This document shows positions 24,530 through 35,352 of a DNA stretch of 64,000 bases, one piece after another; the stretch's first letter is position 1; each line of letters opens with the position of its first letter. Below the pieces are notes generated by a model. It was not told the DNA's origin, searched no databases, and saw only the letters and a list, made by a program, of their open reading frames with translations. A program made the position numbers and the translations under genes. The stretch comes from Tubulanus polymorphus (Eukaryota > Animalia > Nemertea), in NCBI RefSeq assembly GCF_964204645.1, contig NC_134029.1, forward strand, positions 10,752,850 through 10,816,849, written 5' to 3'.

Positions 24530-25144
24530 TTATTTTATAAATTTATATTCATAGGGAAATTGTAGTCTCGGAAGTAATTTTGAACCTTTATTATTCTTTA
24601 ATTTATTCATATATTCATCATGTAATTCAGTAGGTATAATTTGATTTTCTTCCAATGATTGTTGCATTGATTTTCTATCTTTATTGTAGAATAAAACTAA
24701 AAATCTTATATTCTCCCTAAAGTCTTTCACAATTGAATTATATTTTTGATTTAAAACCCATGTTGTTATCCCAAAATGTCTCCCAGAGAAAGCTAAATAA
24801 CATAACTCACTTTCTCTATCTTTTGAATCATGTAAATTAGCGCGTAAATCATCTATAATGAATAATGTATTTGAACCTTTATAAATATCAATTGCTATTC
24901 TAATACAATTATCTAAAAATGCTTTTACTGTTTTAGGATCTAATATAATAAACTTTTTTATCTTAACTATATCTCTATTATATGTTTTATTCATGTCATA
25001 AGTAGGACAGAATAATATCATATTATCAAAATGATTCTTATAAATAGTTTCTAACAAGTCTAATATGAAATGTGTTTTACCACAGTTGGTTACCCCAGTA
25101 ACTAAGATATTATGCGGTTCAAATATAAATAAATCTTTATACAT
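24530..25144 (-). CDS. Polinton A32/FtsK-like packaging ATPase
   Basis: Walker A GVTNCGKT, Walker B FIIDD, SGRH motif. Confidence 0.9.
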   Translation of the reverse strand: MYKDLFIFEPHNILVTGVTNCGKTHFILDLLETIYKNHFDNMILFCPTYDMNKTYNRDIVKIKKFIILDPKTVKAFLDNCIRIAIDIYKGSNTLFIIDDLRANLHDSKDRESELCYLAFSGRHFGITTWVLNQKYNSIVKDFRENIRFLVLFYNKDRKSMQQSLEENQIIPTELHDEYMNKLKNNKGSKLLPRLQFPYEYKFIK

Positions 25145-26221
25145 TTATTCTTTTAATTTTACTAGATAAAATCCATTCATTAAATTCATCATCATACCCT
25201 TTATATTTCACCAAAGAATACTTTTTTCCTTTAAGAGTTTTTGTGTTCAATACTTTTTCTATTTTGTATTCTATTTCATCTGGATTTGGTACAAGTGATA
25301 ATTCTTGTTCATAAAAATAACCTAATATTTCTTCATCTTTTAAATCTTCTAATTCATAAACAAATGGTTTAGTAAGCATTATCTTTTTAATTTTAAATAT
25401 TTCTTCAGTAAAATTTGGGGTATAACCTTTATAAAAGGTTTTTCGATATTTAGATATTCTAACATGTTGTCCAATTTTAGATTTAGGTTCTCCAAAATCA
25501 TGTGTAACAAACGCTCCATATAAATTATTCCAAACTATTTCTGAATTATCTTCTTTTCTAGCTTGTATAGGTTTCATATTTATAGAACTATGCTTAGAAT
25601 TATTATAACCTTTCACTAAATCATCTAACACATCGATATATTTATATGTTTCATTAGCAGTAAAATATTTCCACATTCTAGTTTTCAATGTTTTATTAAA
25701 TATTTCTATAATAGATGCTTTTTTATCTGAATGTGTTGAAAAATAATCTACATCGTTATCAGATAATAGTTTTTTAAAATGTTTATTATAGAATTCCTTA
25801 CCTTCATCAAATTGTATCTTACCTGGAATAGCTTCTTTAAATATATTCTTAAAAGCATTTGTAACTTCTATACCAGTTTTATTTTGATTGGAATTGACCA
25901 TGCGTATCTACTGAATATGTCTATGACATTTAATATCCAGAAATATCCTCTGTTGTATTCTTCTAAGTTCTTCATATCAATCAAATCTGCTTGCCATTGT
26001 TGATCAATATATGAAACCATAACTTTTCTTGTCAAATAATTTTTATTCATTTTCTTATGGATTTGATATGTTGGTTGATTTTGTAACCATAATCTTAGTT
26101 CACTATATTTTATATTTTCTTTATCAGATTTAATTTTATCCCATAATTCTGTAACACTAGAATATGATACTTCACTCTCTGGGTTATAATATAACTCTCT
26201 TAAATATTGTTCTTTTTTCAT
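25137..26221 (-). pseudogene. Polinton retroviral-like integrase with chromodomain, one frameshift (~25880)
   Basis: QWQADL, IDIFSRYAW, QFDEGKEF, IIEIFN; C-terminal YKIEKVL...VKYKGY...EWI. Confidence 0.92.
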
Positions 26222-26245
26222 CTTATTTTAATCCATCAATAATAA

Positions 26246-26590
26246 TTAAGATTTAGTTTCAGTGATTTTTTCATTTGACTTATTTTCTGGTATAACAGGT
26301 TTATCATCAGAATCATTATTATTAGATTTGAATTTAGATTTATATATTACACCGGAGAATATAATAATTGTGATTAACCCAACTGTAATATATAAGTAAT
26401 TATTTCTTCCACTATAAGAAGAATCAGATGGATTATCATTCGAATCAATATCAGATAATTTCTGTGATTCATTTATATCAGTTAATTTCTTTTTCTTAGC
26501 TTTTTTTAATTCTGCAGATCTTTTACCTAATTCGCTTGCCCATTTAATTTGTTTCTCGGATCTAGTATTTTTCTTAACATCATCACTCAT
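26246..26590 (-). CDS. Polinton small basic protein with one TM helix
   Basis: Homolog of 36871-37239; hydrophobic YLYITVGLITIIIFSGVIY. Confidence 0.7.
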   Translation of the reverse strand: MSDDVKKNTRSEKQIKWASELGKRSAELKKAKKKKLTDINESQKLSDIDSNDNPSDSSYSGRNNYLYITVGLITIIIFSGVIYKSKFKSNNNDSDDKPVIPENKSNEKITETKS

Positions 26591-26594
26591 TTAT

Positions 26595-27182
26595 TTAAGT
26601 TAATTTTTGTTCTGATTCAATATCACAGTGTGGGTGCCGCAAGGCACCATCTTCTGAATTACTTTTATCTTTACATACTATAGGTTTAATGTTAGAAAAT
26701 GTTATAACTCCAGTAGAAATTAATGTCATTATTCCACCTAATTGAAATGAAGCGTATACAACCCATTTCTGTAATTCTGTCATAACTAAGTAGTGATTTT
26801 TTAAATCACTATATAATTTATTTTCATCATCAATTGGTATTATCCGGTTACATAATTTAGAGTAACATTTTATAATACCATCACCAATAGAGTCATTTAT
26901 TCTAGCTAATCTAGCTTCTTCATATATTTTGAAATGTTTTATTACTTTATCTGGTTTCATGGCATCTAGTTCTTGAAAAGTTAAAATTCTATTTAAAAAC
27001 TCTTTAGATTTGCCGCCGGCAATTATTAATTCTAGATGGTGCTTAAATGTTAAATAGTATTCATAATCAATATTATCATTTTGAATACAATTAGAAACAA
27101 CTGTATCATTATTGCCAGTAATACCTAAATCCTCAATTGTCTTTTCAATATCGGCATTATTCTTATTAGATTTCTTTGACAT
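26595..27182 (-). CDS. Polinton conserved protein of unknown function (C-terminal hydrophobic segment)
   Basis: 195-aa ORF with ATAAATG start, homolog of 36270-36878. Confidence 0.72.
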   Translation of the reverse strand: MSKKSNKNNADIEKTIEDLGITGNNDTVVSNCIQNDNIDYEYYLTFKHHLELIIAGGKSKEFLNRILTFQELDAMKPDKVIKHFKIYEEARLARINDSIGDGIIKCYSKLCNRIIPIDDENKLYSDLKNHYLVMTELQKWVVYASFQLGGIMTLISTGVITFSNIKPIVCKDKSNSEDGALRHPHCDIESEQKLT

Positions 27183-27554
27183 TTATATTAGAGAAAAAAG
27201 CGAAAAAAAATATTATAAGTATTATAAGATGATACTAGTATCTCTTTGGGTTAATACTAAATTGACTAGGTTAGTTAAAGTTAAAGAAGTCTAGTATTAG
27301 TTATTGTTTTTTTAGTATTTTTTATTTCTGATATAAAGTATTCTCCTTTTGAAAAGAAATAATAGATTTTTGAAAAAATATAATAGAAATAATGGCTAGT
27401 TGAAGGTATGTAATTTTTAATATATTTTATTTGAATTCTATTTGATATCTCACTACTTTTGTTTATCTATTAGGAGCAGTAATTATAACTGTCCAGATAA
27501 GTCATTTCGGATCCTTGATATCAAATTCCTGTAAACTATTCTTTAATCACTTAT

Positions 27555-28658
27555 TATGGTGTTTGGGTCCGCTGGACCGTTAGAGGCTGGGCAACACAGC
27601 CAGTTCCACGAGGGTGTAGCAATATGTACACATTAGTATGTAGTTTAAATATCCACAGTAGAAATAAAACTGAATGAGTTGTATTTAGGTCCGTAAGACC
27701 GTTAGAGGCTGGGTGACGCAGCCAGTTCACGAGGGTGTAGCAATGTGACAATTATATCATTCACAGTAGAAATAAAAACGAGTAATTCATATTGAGAATG
27801 TGAGGTACACATTGTGTTGTTTCTTTTATATATAGTAAACAGGCGTCGGTGTATGACTGTATTATATTGCAAGTCATTGCAAATAGTACTGATAGTCTAA
27901 TCAGATAGATGGCGTGTGTATCAGCAACACATTCGAGGCCTTACGGTGGCGGGTAGTAGTGAGAACCGATATGGATGTTAGATTTGTGCAAAGGTGGGAC
28001 GGGCTTTCCTCGTCTCGTGTGGAGAGTACTTTCCGTCCTGTCAAAACAGGGTCCGTTGGTGTTGCGAGGGTAATCGCACCGATCATCTGTCGGCGTATGT
28101 ATCAACTACGTCTATATTTCAATCTGTTTGGATTGAGGAGGTTCTTAAAATCATCGATCTGATGTGATCTGAAGCGATTTTGTGTGTGACCGCCGGGCGG
28201 TATCGATTCGACCAGGTATTCCTTGGTTGTCGAATATTGATATAGCGTTACGTTGATAAAACGACACGTCGGGAGTAAATTGACTGCCCTTAGCATCAGT
28301 CCGAGCGGCTGTATATCGAGTCCTGAGAGTGTCTATACATGAGCGGAACGGAAACTGATTTAAACGGTTTTCACCTTATTTTGAATAAATCGTGATTGAA
28401 GGATTCGTATGAAGCACATAAAACCGACTATTATTACGGTATTGAGGTTGAGATGGTGGTGTGCCTTACACACATCTCGCGCGGACTAGAATGTCTCTAA
28501 GATTTTTGCCGCGTGTAAATAGTATTCTGGGAGGTTCCTTGAATATTATTCTCAGAGTCGCGTTCGATTGGATTATCTTCCAGTGTTTTGTAAGCGACTG
28601 ACGGATATTATCCGTGTTCGGATGGTATTTGGTGATCAGTGAGATTGAATCAAATGAT
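27555..28658 (-). mobile_element. 5'-truncated Penelope-like retroelement whose ORF ends at the RT C-terminus (Naiad-like domain order possible)
   Basis: 28657 to 28466 reads SFDSISLITKYHPNTDNIRQSLTKHWKIIQSNATLRIIFKEPPRILFTRGKNLRDILVRARCV*, a PLE RT-tail signature; then ~900 bp of non-coding tail ending in a ~120-bp tandem duplication; GC content higher than the flanks. Confidence 0.68.
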
Positions 28659-31600
28659 CACCTAATTCATCTATGAATTTACCAGGCACCTTTTTATTAT
28701 CATTGTTAAACAATTCAAGATCTTTAGGATAATTACTAAAATCGAAATGATGTTTTAATGTTTTTAAATCATCAGTTATGATATTAGTTTTTATCTTTAA
28801 TATGTAACTGTCAGTATCAAAATATAAGATTTCTATATGCTTTTCTCCAAAATGAGGTTTTAATACGTTATAATAGAATTCATACATTAATAACTTTGAT
28901 ATTTCTAAAACTGTAGCTCCAACATAAATTGGTTTATTAAATTTCATAGATGTTCTCCTCATTTTAACTGCAGCTAAATTTTCATCAAATATTCTGTTAC
29001 CTATGAACTTAGGATATGTTTGTATATGTCAAATTCTTTTACCATTACTAACTTACTCAATATCATTTATATTTCTTATATTTTCACAAGTCTTACCATA
29101 GATTGCATTATTCATTAGTTTGAAAAAATCTTTCTCAAAATCAGTTATAGCTTTAGTTCTCTGTTTGGTATTAAAATCTATATATTTTTCTAACCATTTA
29201 GACTCAATTAAATATATCTAAGTACTTTTTTTAGAATTATTCCTTGATTCAAATAAAACTTCAACATTCTATAATGTACTACATAATTATATTTATCTTC
29301 TTGAGTTACCATTAACTTTTCTGTATGAATATGATTTTCGGGTTTAATTCTTTTTTGATAATTTGATAATTCTTCATGCGTAACAGTTTTGTTCTGGACA
29401 GTATGCTAGATTTCTAGATTTAAATTTAATATTTTCAGGATATTCCAAGTCTACAACAAAAAAGTAACCAGTAACTGAATCATCTGCAATATCTAGAATT
29501 CTTTTCTTCCAATCAAATTTATCATTATTTTCATGTTGTAAAACCTCACTTATTTCGAATACTCCATAAGGTTGTGGTCCCATCATTGCCTATCCATAAA
29601 GATTATTTGCATCTATATATAATAACTTATATCCAGGATTATCATTTACATTGAAATATCTATCACCTAATACACCTGAAACTCCTCCTCTTATAGATTT
29701 TTCAAATATTAATAATTGATCTATATTTGTTAACAAATCCATTTTTATATCTGTAAATTTTAAACCACAATCCCAAGTTAATCCTGGTGATGAATAACAT
29801 TGGCAAGGATCAATATTAAAATATTTTTGGTTTACATCTCTTTCAAAACCTTTCAAATATATCAGTTAATCATAAAACATCAGATTTTAGATATAAATCT
29901 ACTAATTGTCCATGATTTGTTATTTTAAAATGATTTCAAATATTCAATGTTCTATTATATACTTCATCTTTAACATATTCATTTTTTAATTCATCATAGA
30001 ATTGTTCTTTTAATAATTCAGTTATATTGAAATCATTATGTGATTTATAAAATTAATATGGAATTGTGCCTTTATATCTCATTAATTGAAAATCATCATT
30101 TTTTGGGTAGTGTTCTTTTAATATCTTTAATTCATCATCAACTAATGATTTTGATAAATTATCTAATGAACTACTTAAAAATCTATATGAATCTATAAAT
30201 CTTAGACATCCAAATTGGAATGATATATAATTCTCAGATGTTTAAGCTAACATTTTAAATTTATAAGTTGGTATTTTATCTTTTGATCTATTTGAATTTA
30301 CTCTTTTTATTTCATTATTGATTTCTTCTATTTCATGACATAGCTGTTTGATGAATAAATGAGCATCATATCCTGATAAATTATGAAATATTACTGGAAC
30401 AAAATTGATTTTCTTAGCTTGTAAGTTACAAATCTCATGCGCCGCACCTCTAAACTTTCCATTCAAATGATCATGGTCTCCTACTTTTTTATCTTTATAA
30501 TATATCTTTATAAATATCTTTTCACAATAATAACATTTATCTGCAAACTCAAATCCTTCTTTATCTTCTTCTGTCATAATTATTTCTATATTTGTATCTA
30601 ATAGTTTACTAAATTTGATTTCATACTCAATTAATAGGTCACAAAAATGATTGATAACATTTTCATTTCTATAATTATAATATTCACTTTCAATTAGTTC
30701 TGGATAATCAGATTTTATATATAATCCAAAAGCTGCAGCTGATTGATGAATCTTTATAATAGTATTTGTTATTAGAGGTTCTGAATAATCAATTACATCA
30801 TTTTCATTAGAATTTAATATCTTTGTTTTATGATATATTTCTTTTCTATCTTGATCAGTTAATTCTTTATTTAATGATTCAAAATCTCCATATATAACAA
30901 ATGGTACTTTATTCTTGTAATTATATTTTTTGAATTCTAATACTTTATCCTTTTCATTTGGTAAAACTATGTTACAATAATCATGATTTCACATAATTGT
31001 TTATGATTTAATAATGCACTTTCAGTTCTGAATTCAGTTATAGATTTTCTACATAGATATATCTTATTATCAAAATCATTTTCTGATTTGAAAAATAAAT
31101 CAATTCTTTTAATCCACATATAATGATTCTCATAATATAATATATCTATTACATCATTTGAATCATAATCTTTTGCTAATTATAGAGGTTCTAATGTATA
31201 ATGTTTAATATTATTACCTTTTGTTTTTGGCAATTTGACTAAATCAAACACATTTATCTTTATAATATTATCTCTTTCTATTTTTGGGATATTTTTAATT
31301 CTAACAGGATAATTGTCTATCTTATAATTATTTTCAAATGGTTTATAATTTGATACTCTACAAATATTATCAGTTGCAGGATGTAAGCAACTAATTATTG
31401 GCCATAGAAAGCATTAACCATCAGAATTTTGTACATTTATAACAGCATTAGTTTTAAATGGTAATTTGATATAACTTGATCCATTAATATTATCATCTTT
31501 ATATGATAAATTATTTTCATCAATTGGTTTTGATTTAGTTAACTTATTATATTTTTTTGTCATAAACATGTAAAGTCATAAATATTATTTCATCAAATTT

Positions 31601-32344
31601 AAACCTGATCCTCCAAAATATTTCTCTTCTATTTTAGTTTTTACTTCATTATAACATTTATCTAATTTATCATCTATATGTTGTTTTGAAATAATATGTT
31701 GTGGATGAGAATTTATGTTATATATTGGTTTATCTTCCGATTTAATGAATTTAACTTTAGAAGATATACTAATTTTAGTGGATTCAACATCTGTAATTAT
31801 CTTTATAATATTTTTCATTCTTTAATTCATCATATTTTCTAAATGGTTTTTATTTTCTTCTAATGTTTTACCTTTATGAAATTTAAACTCGATAGCTGCT
31901 GGACCAATATCACTTTTAAATGCTTCAGTTATCTCTATTTCTTTTTTATTATCTAATGAATTAATATAATTTCTAACATCTTCCATGTATTGCCTTTTAT
32001 TGTTTTTTTTTATTTTTTATTCTTTTAATTGTCTTCTGTTTCTTATCATTATCATTATCAAAATAATCTTCACCTAAAATATCATTATTCTTATTTCTAA
32101 TATGACTTTTAGATTTTAAATGTTCTTTATGATATCTTTTATCACTGAATGATTGATTACATATATCACATTTGTATGTTTCTTTTTCATTCTTTAATTC
32201 ATCTAATTTAGTTTCTAATATATCATCTTTATATTCTAATTTCAATTTATTTTCTAAATGTGTTCTAGTTTTATTGTGTCTTGCTTTTTGAGATTTATCT
32301 ATATCAATTTTACATGTTGAACAGTAGTACTTATTTGCTTCCAT
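28659..32344 (-). pseudogene. Protein-primed PolB, intein-free allele, many stops and frameshifts, C-terminus deleted
   Basis: ORF pieces 31997-32356, 31585-31818, 30242-30577, 29590-29856, 29374-29586 and 28636-28962; YIDANNLYG, YFDTDSY, PGKF. Confidence 0.92.
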
Positions 32345-32388
32345 TTTATTATCCAATTTTTTATTAAAAATTTATTTTACATATTTTC

Positions 32389-32746
32389 TTATTTGAAATC
32401 TATTTCATGGTGCCCTTTTTCATTATTACCTTTGTATATGAAATAGAAATCTCCAGAACATAATTCTTCTAAATCTTCACTTGATAATCTATGAAATCTA
32501 TCTGGTAAATATGTTCTGAATTTATATGTATTTCCTTTTAATCCTTCATATTCTAAGTGGATAACTAATTTATCTCCATACTTGTTAGAAACTGTATCAA
32601 TATTTGTAATTAAATATTTCTTATGAATTGTTAATTCTGTTAACTTCTTAAATTTATAATCTACAGATTTTTTTATCATTTGTGATATATTTAATTCTAT
32701 CTAGAAATGATTTGTTGTTCTCACTGTGTACTTGTTTACTCTCCAT
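32389..32746 (-). pseudogene. Polinton small conserved ORF (~120 aa), 5' frameshift
   Basis: YKFKKLTELTIHKKYLIT...KYGDKLVIHLE...FRTYLPDRF; a near-identical homolog lies at 46824-47185. Confidence 0.72.
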
Positions 32747-32926
32747 TTTAATAACATATTTTTTATTAAAATTGATTTTAGAAGTTATTAGATTAATATT
32801 TTAAGAGTAATAGGGAATATGTTGTTCTAGATTAAAGGTTGAGAGGTTGAGTGAGTAGAAAATGAAAAATAAATTTGAGCGTGCGAGAATTTATTTTTCA
32901 TTTTTTACTCACTCGACCTTTATATA

Positions 32927-33147
32927 CGCAAAAACGAACTTTTAGAGAAAATTGGACGTTTTTCGTTGTTTTGACGGGGGCACCAAAACGAAAGTTCGTT
33001 TTGGTGGGGGCGCCAAAAGGAAAGTTCGTTTTGGCGGGGCGCCAAAACGGAATGTTCTTTGTTTTGGCGCGCCAAAACGAACTTTCAGAGAAAATTTGAC
33101 GTTTTTTTTTTTTCGTTTTGGCGGTCTGGCGTTCTGGCGCCCTTATA
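32927..33147. mobile_element. DNA transposon terminus with subterminal repeats (IS3EU-like)
   Basis: Repeated gcgccaaaacgaa...ttcgttttggcg units ending ggcgttctggcgcccttata, similar to 14147-14174. Confidence 0.5.
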
Positions 33148-33492
33148 CCAGGAATACCTTACATACCAGGAATTTTACGCTATGGCCCTTATCAGCCACC
33201 ATATGCAACACATCGGAGTCGGCAATACGAGAATATAAGACGCGCGGAGGCTGTTACTCGGAGATGTAAGTCGGTCTGGCGGCGTTTCGGGTCTTGTTTC
33301 AGTTCGTCTCTGTTCCTTCCTTCCGAGTTAAAGATCAAGGGCCTTTAGCCCACAGAATCCCTCCTATTGTAAATACGTTATTAGCCTACACGTTATTATT
33401 CGCTAATACTTATGTATTACGGCGAATTCAGTTACTGTTTATTGTGTATATATATGACCGTAAGCCTACGCTTGAAGCATTATAACCCCCGT

Positions 33493-34038
33493 AGTAATAG
33501 GGGTAATGGGCTTTCATACCAAAGGTCGAAAGGTCGAGTTCATTAAAAACAAAACATTAAAAGTAATTTAAAACTATAATATATTTTCATAACCGTGTGT
33601 ATTTTATATTATAACTAAATATTTATTCTAAGATATTAATAATTTAAATTTTAAAAGCATATTGTAACTCACTTCGCTACCGCTCCGCTCCGCGACCAAT
33701 TGATTTATTTACAATACACAAATTCATATAATCAAATATATTTTAATAATAATAATTATTCTATTATTCAACTGAAATACACACGGTTATGAAAATATAT
33801 TATAGTTTTAAATTACTTTTAATGTTTTGTTTTTTAATGAACTCGACCATTCAACCTTAGATATGAAAGCCCATTACCCCTATTACTCTTAAAATATTCA
33901 TATAAATGAATAACATTTAAATTGACAGATTATTCAATATAAAAGTATATATTTACAACATTATTTCAATATTCATATTTGTGTGAGTTAGATTTTAAAC
34001 ATTAAAAGTGTTAGTAAAGTGTGATTGAAATAATGCAT
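33493..34038. repeat. Left TIR of Polinton 3; the outer 33493-33887 is itself a fold-back
   Basis: Reverse complement of 51267-51828; the first ~110 nt pair with ~33775-33887. Confidence 0.92.
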
Positions 34039-34744
34039 AGCTGTTTATACTAGAACATGATTCTATTTGAACCTATATACATTTCATGTAATGAACGATT
34101 GAATAAATCTATAAATTCACAGCTGTTACAGCTGTTACTATGACGCCGAGACATATGAATCATTATTGCAAACGTGTAGAGAACACTCTAGAACCGGAAC
34201 CAGATGACGTGGCAAGAAATGAACAGGCGCTGTAACATTATGCTCAGGATATTCTATCTCTCGAAACGAAATTTGGAGTTTATAGTTTACAATTCTAAAT
34301 CTAAATGTAAGTACTGTTTGTTGTAGTTATTAGGGCTATTAAATATGAAACCTTTAGATATATTTAAGTGTATTTAGTATATCTTTTAGATGGCTATAGT
34401 TGCCGCTAATATCTTTTAGATTAATAAAACGCCATACGCATCAAGAAGTGATAGAGAAACTCAAGATACTCTTTCTGACTGAGGAATCAACAGCAATGGG
34501 GATATCGAACCAATAGAAATTAGCACAAGAAACACAAGAATCGCCAAAAGATCGACGAAGAAACTATATAAGAGTTTCAAAAACATAAAGACTCCAATGA
34601 TTAAGTTTGTTGTTGTTGTTAAATATTTACCAGCAATTGAAAAAATGTTTGTAATTATAGATTTTATATATAGAAATCAAATGATGTATTGGAAGAAACG
34701 GCCGAACAACTTGTATAATGTATTGTGTAAATCTACTTGGTGAA

Positions 34745-35245
34745 TGTTCTATGTTCGGTCGTTTCTATTTGCATAATTAATATATAATTATGATTAGCGC
34801 ATGCGCATTAAGCAAAACCGGCCATAAATGGCCGCATGTGACTGACACATGTAACGCATGTGACGCAGACATGAACGCGTTTGAATTTTCTATGTTCAGT
34901 TGTTTCTATTTTACAGAATGAATATATAATTATGATTAGCGCATGCGTATTAAGCAAAAGCGGACATCAATGGCCGCATGTGGCGCATGTAACGCATGTG
35001 ACGAGGACATGAATGCGTTTGAATTTTCTATGTTCAGTTGTTTCTATTTTACTGAATTTATAGAATGAATATATAATTATGATTAACACATGTGCATTAA
35101 GCAAAACCGGCCATAAATGGCCGCATGTGACGCATGTAACGCATGTGTTGTTTCTATTTTACAGAATTTATAGAATGAATATATAATTATGATTAGCGCA
35201 TGCGTATTAAGCAAAAGCGCGCCTGTATGTCCGCATGTGACGCGG
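34745..35245. repeat. ~135-bp tandem repeat (~3.5 units) in the Polinton 3 left non-coding region
   Basis: tatataattatgattagcgcatgcg.attaagcaaaa...atggccgcatgtga recurs four times. Confidence 0.85.
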
Positions 35246-35352
35246 GTATTGTAACTGGTATGGTTTAGATATCAAGGAATCGAAACTGACTTATCAAAAG
35301 CAGCGAGGAATGAAAAAGGATTAACCAATTTAGTAAAGAATACATATAATAA

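Larger units (their letters stand above)
18133..27554. mobile_element. Polinton element 2a, truncated (structural module on +, ATPase/integrase module on -), inverted relative to element 3
   Basis: Gene-by-gene homology with 36270-44830. Starts abruptly inside the homolog of ORF 44579-45014 and ends at a Penelope-like insertion. Confidence 0.9.
28659..32921 (-). mobile_element. Polinton element 2b fragment (terminal hairpin, small ORF, pPolB)
   Basis: pPolB closely related to element 3; inner AGTAATAGGG motif at 32806 followed by a hairpin, as in the element 3 termini. Confidence 0.85.

Noticed and set aside
27585-27600. GGCTGGGCAACA, identical to a stretch of the HDV ribozyme
   Set aside because: The surrounding P1/P2/P3 nested pseudoknot could not be built on either strand, so it is not called an HDV-like ribozyme
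32875-33485. Overlapping short ORFs
   Set aside because: They derive from GC-richer subterminal repeats and LTR-like sequence, with non-ATG starts
34130-34560. Possible small spliced gene in the Polinton 3 left arm (gtaagt donor, ttttag acceptors)
   Set aside because: Short frames with stops, no homolog elsewhere in the window, no recognisable motif
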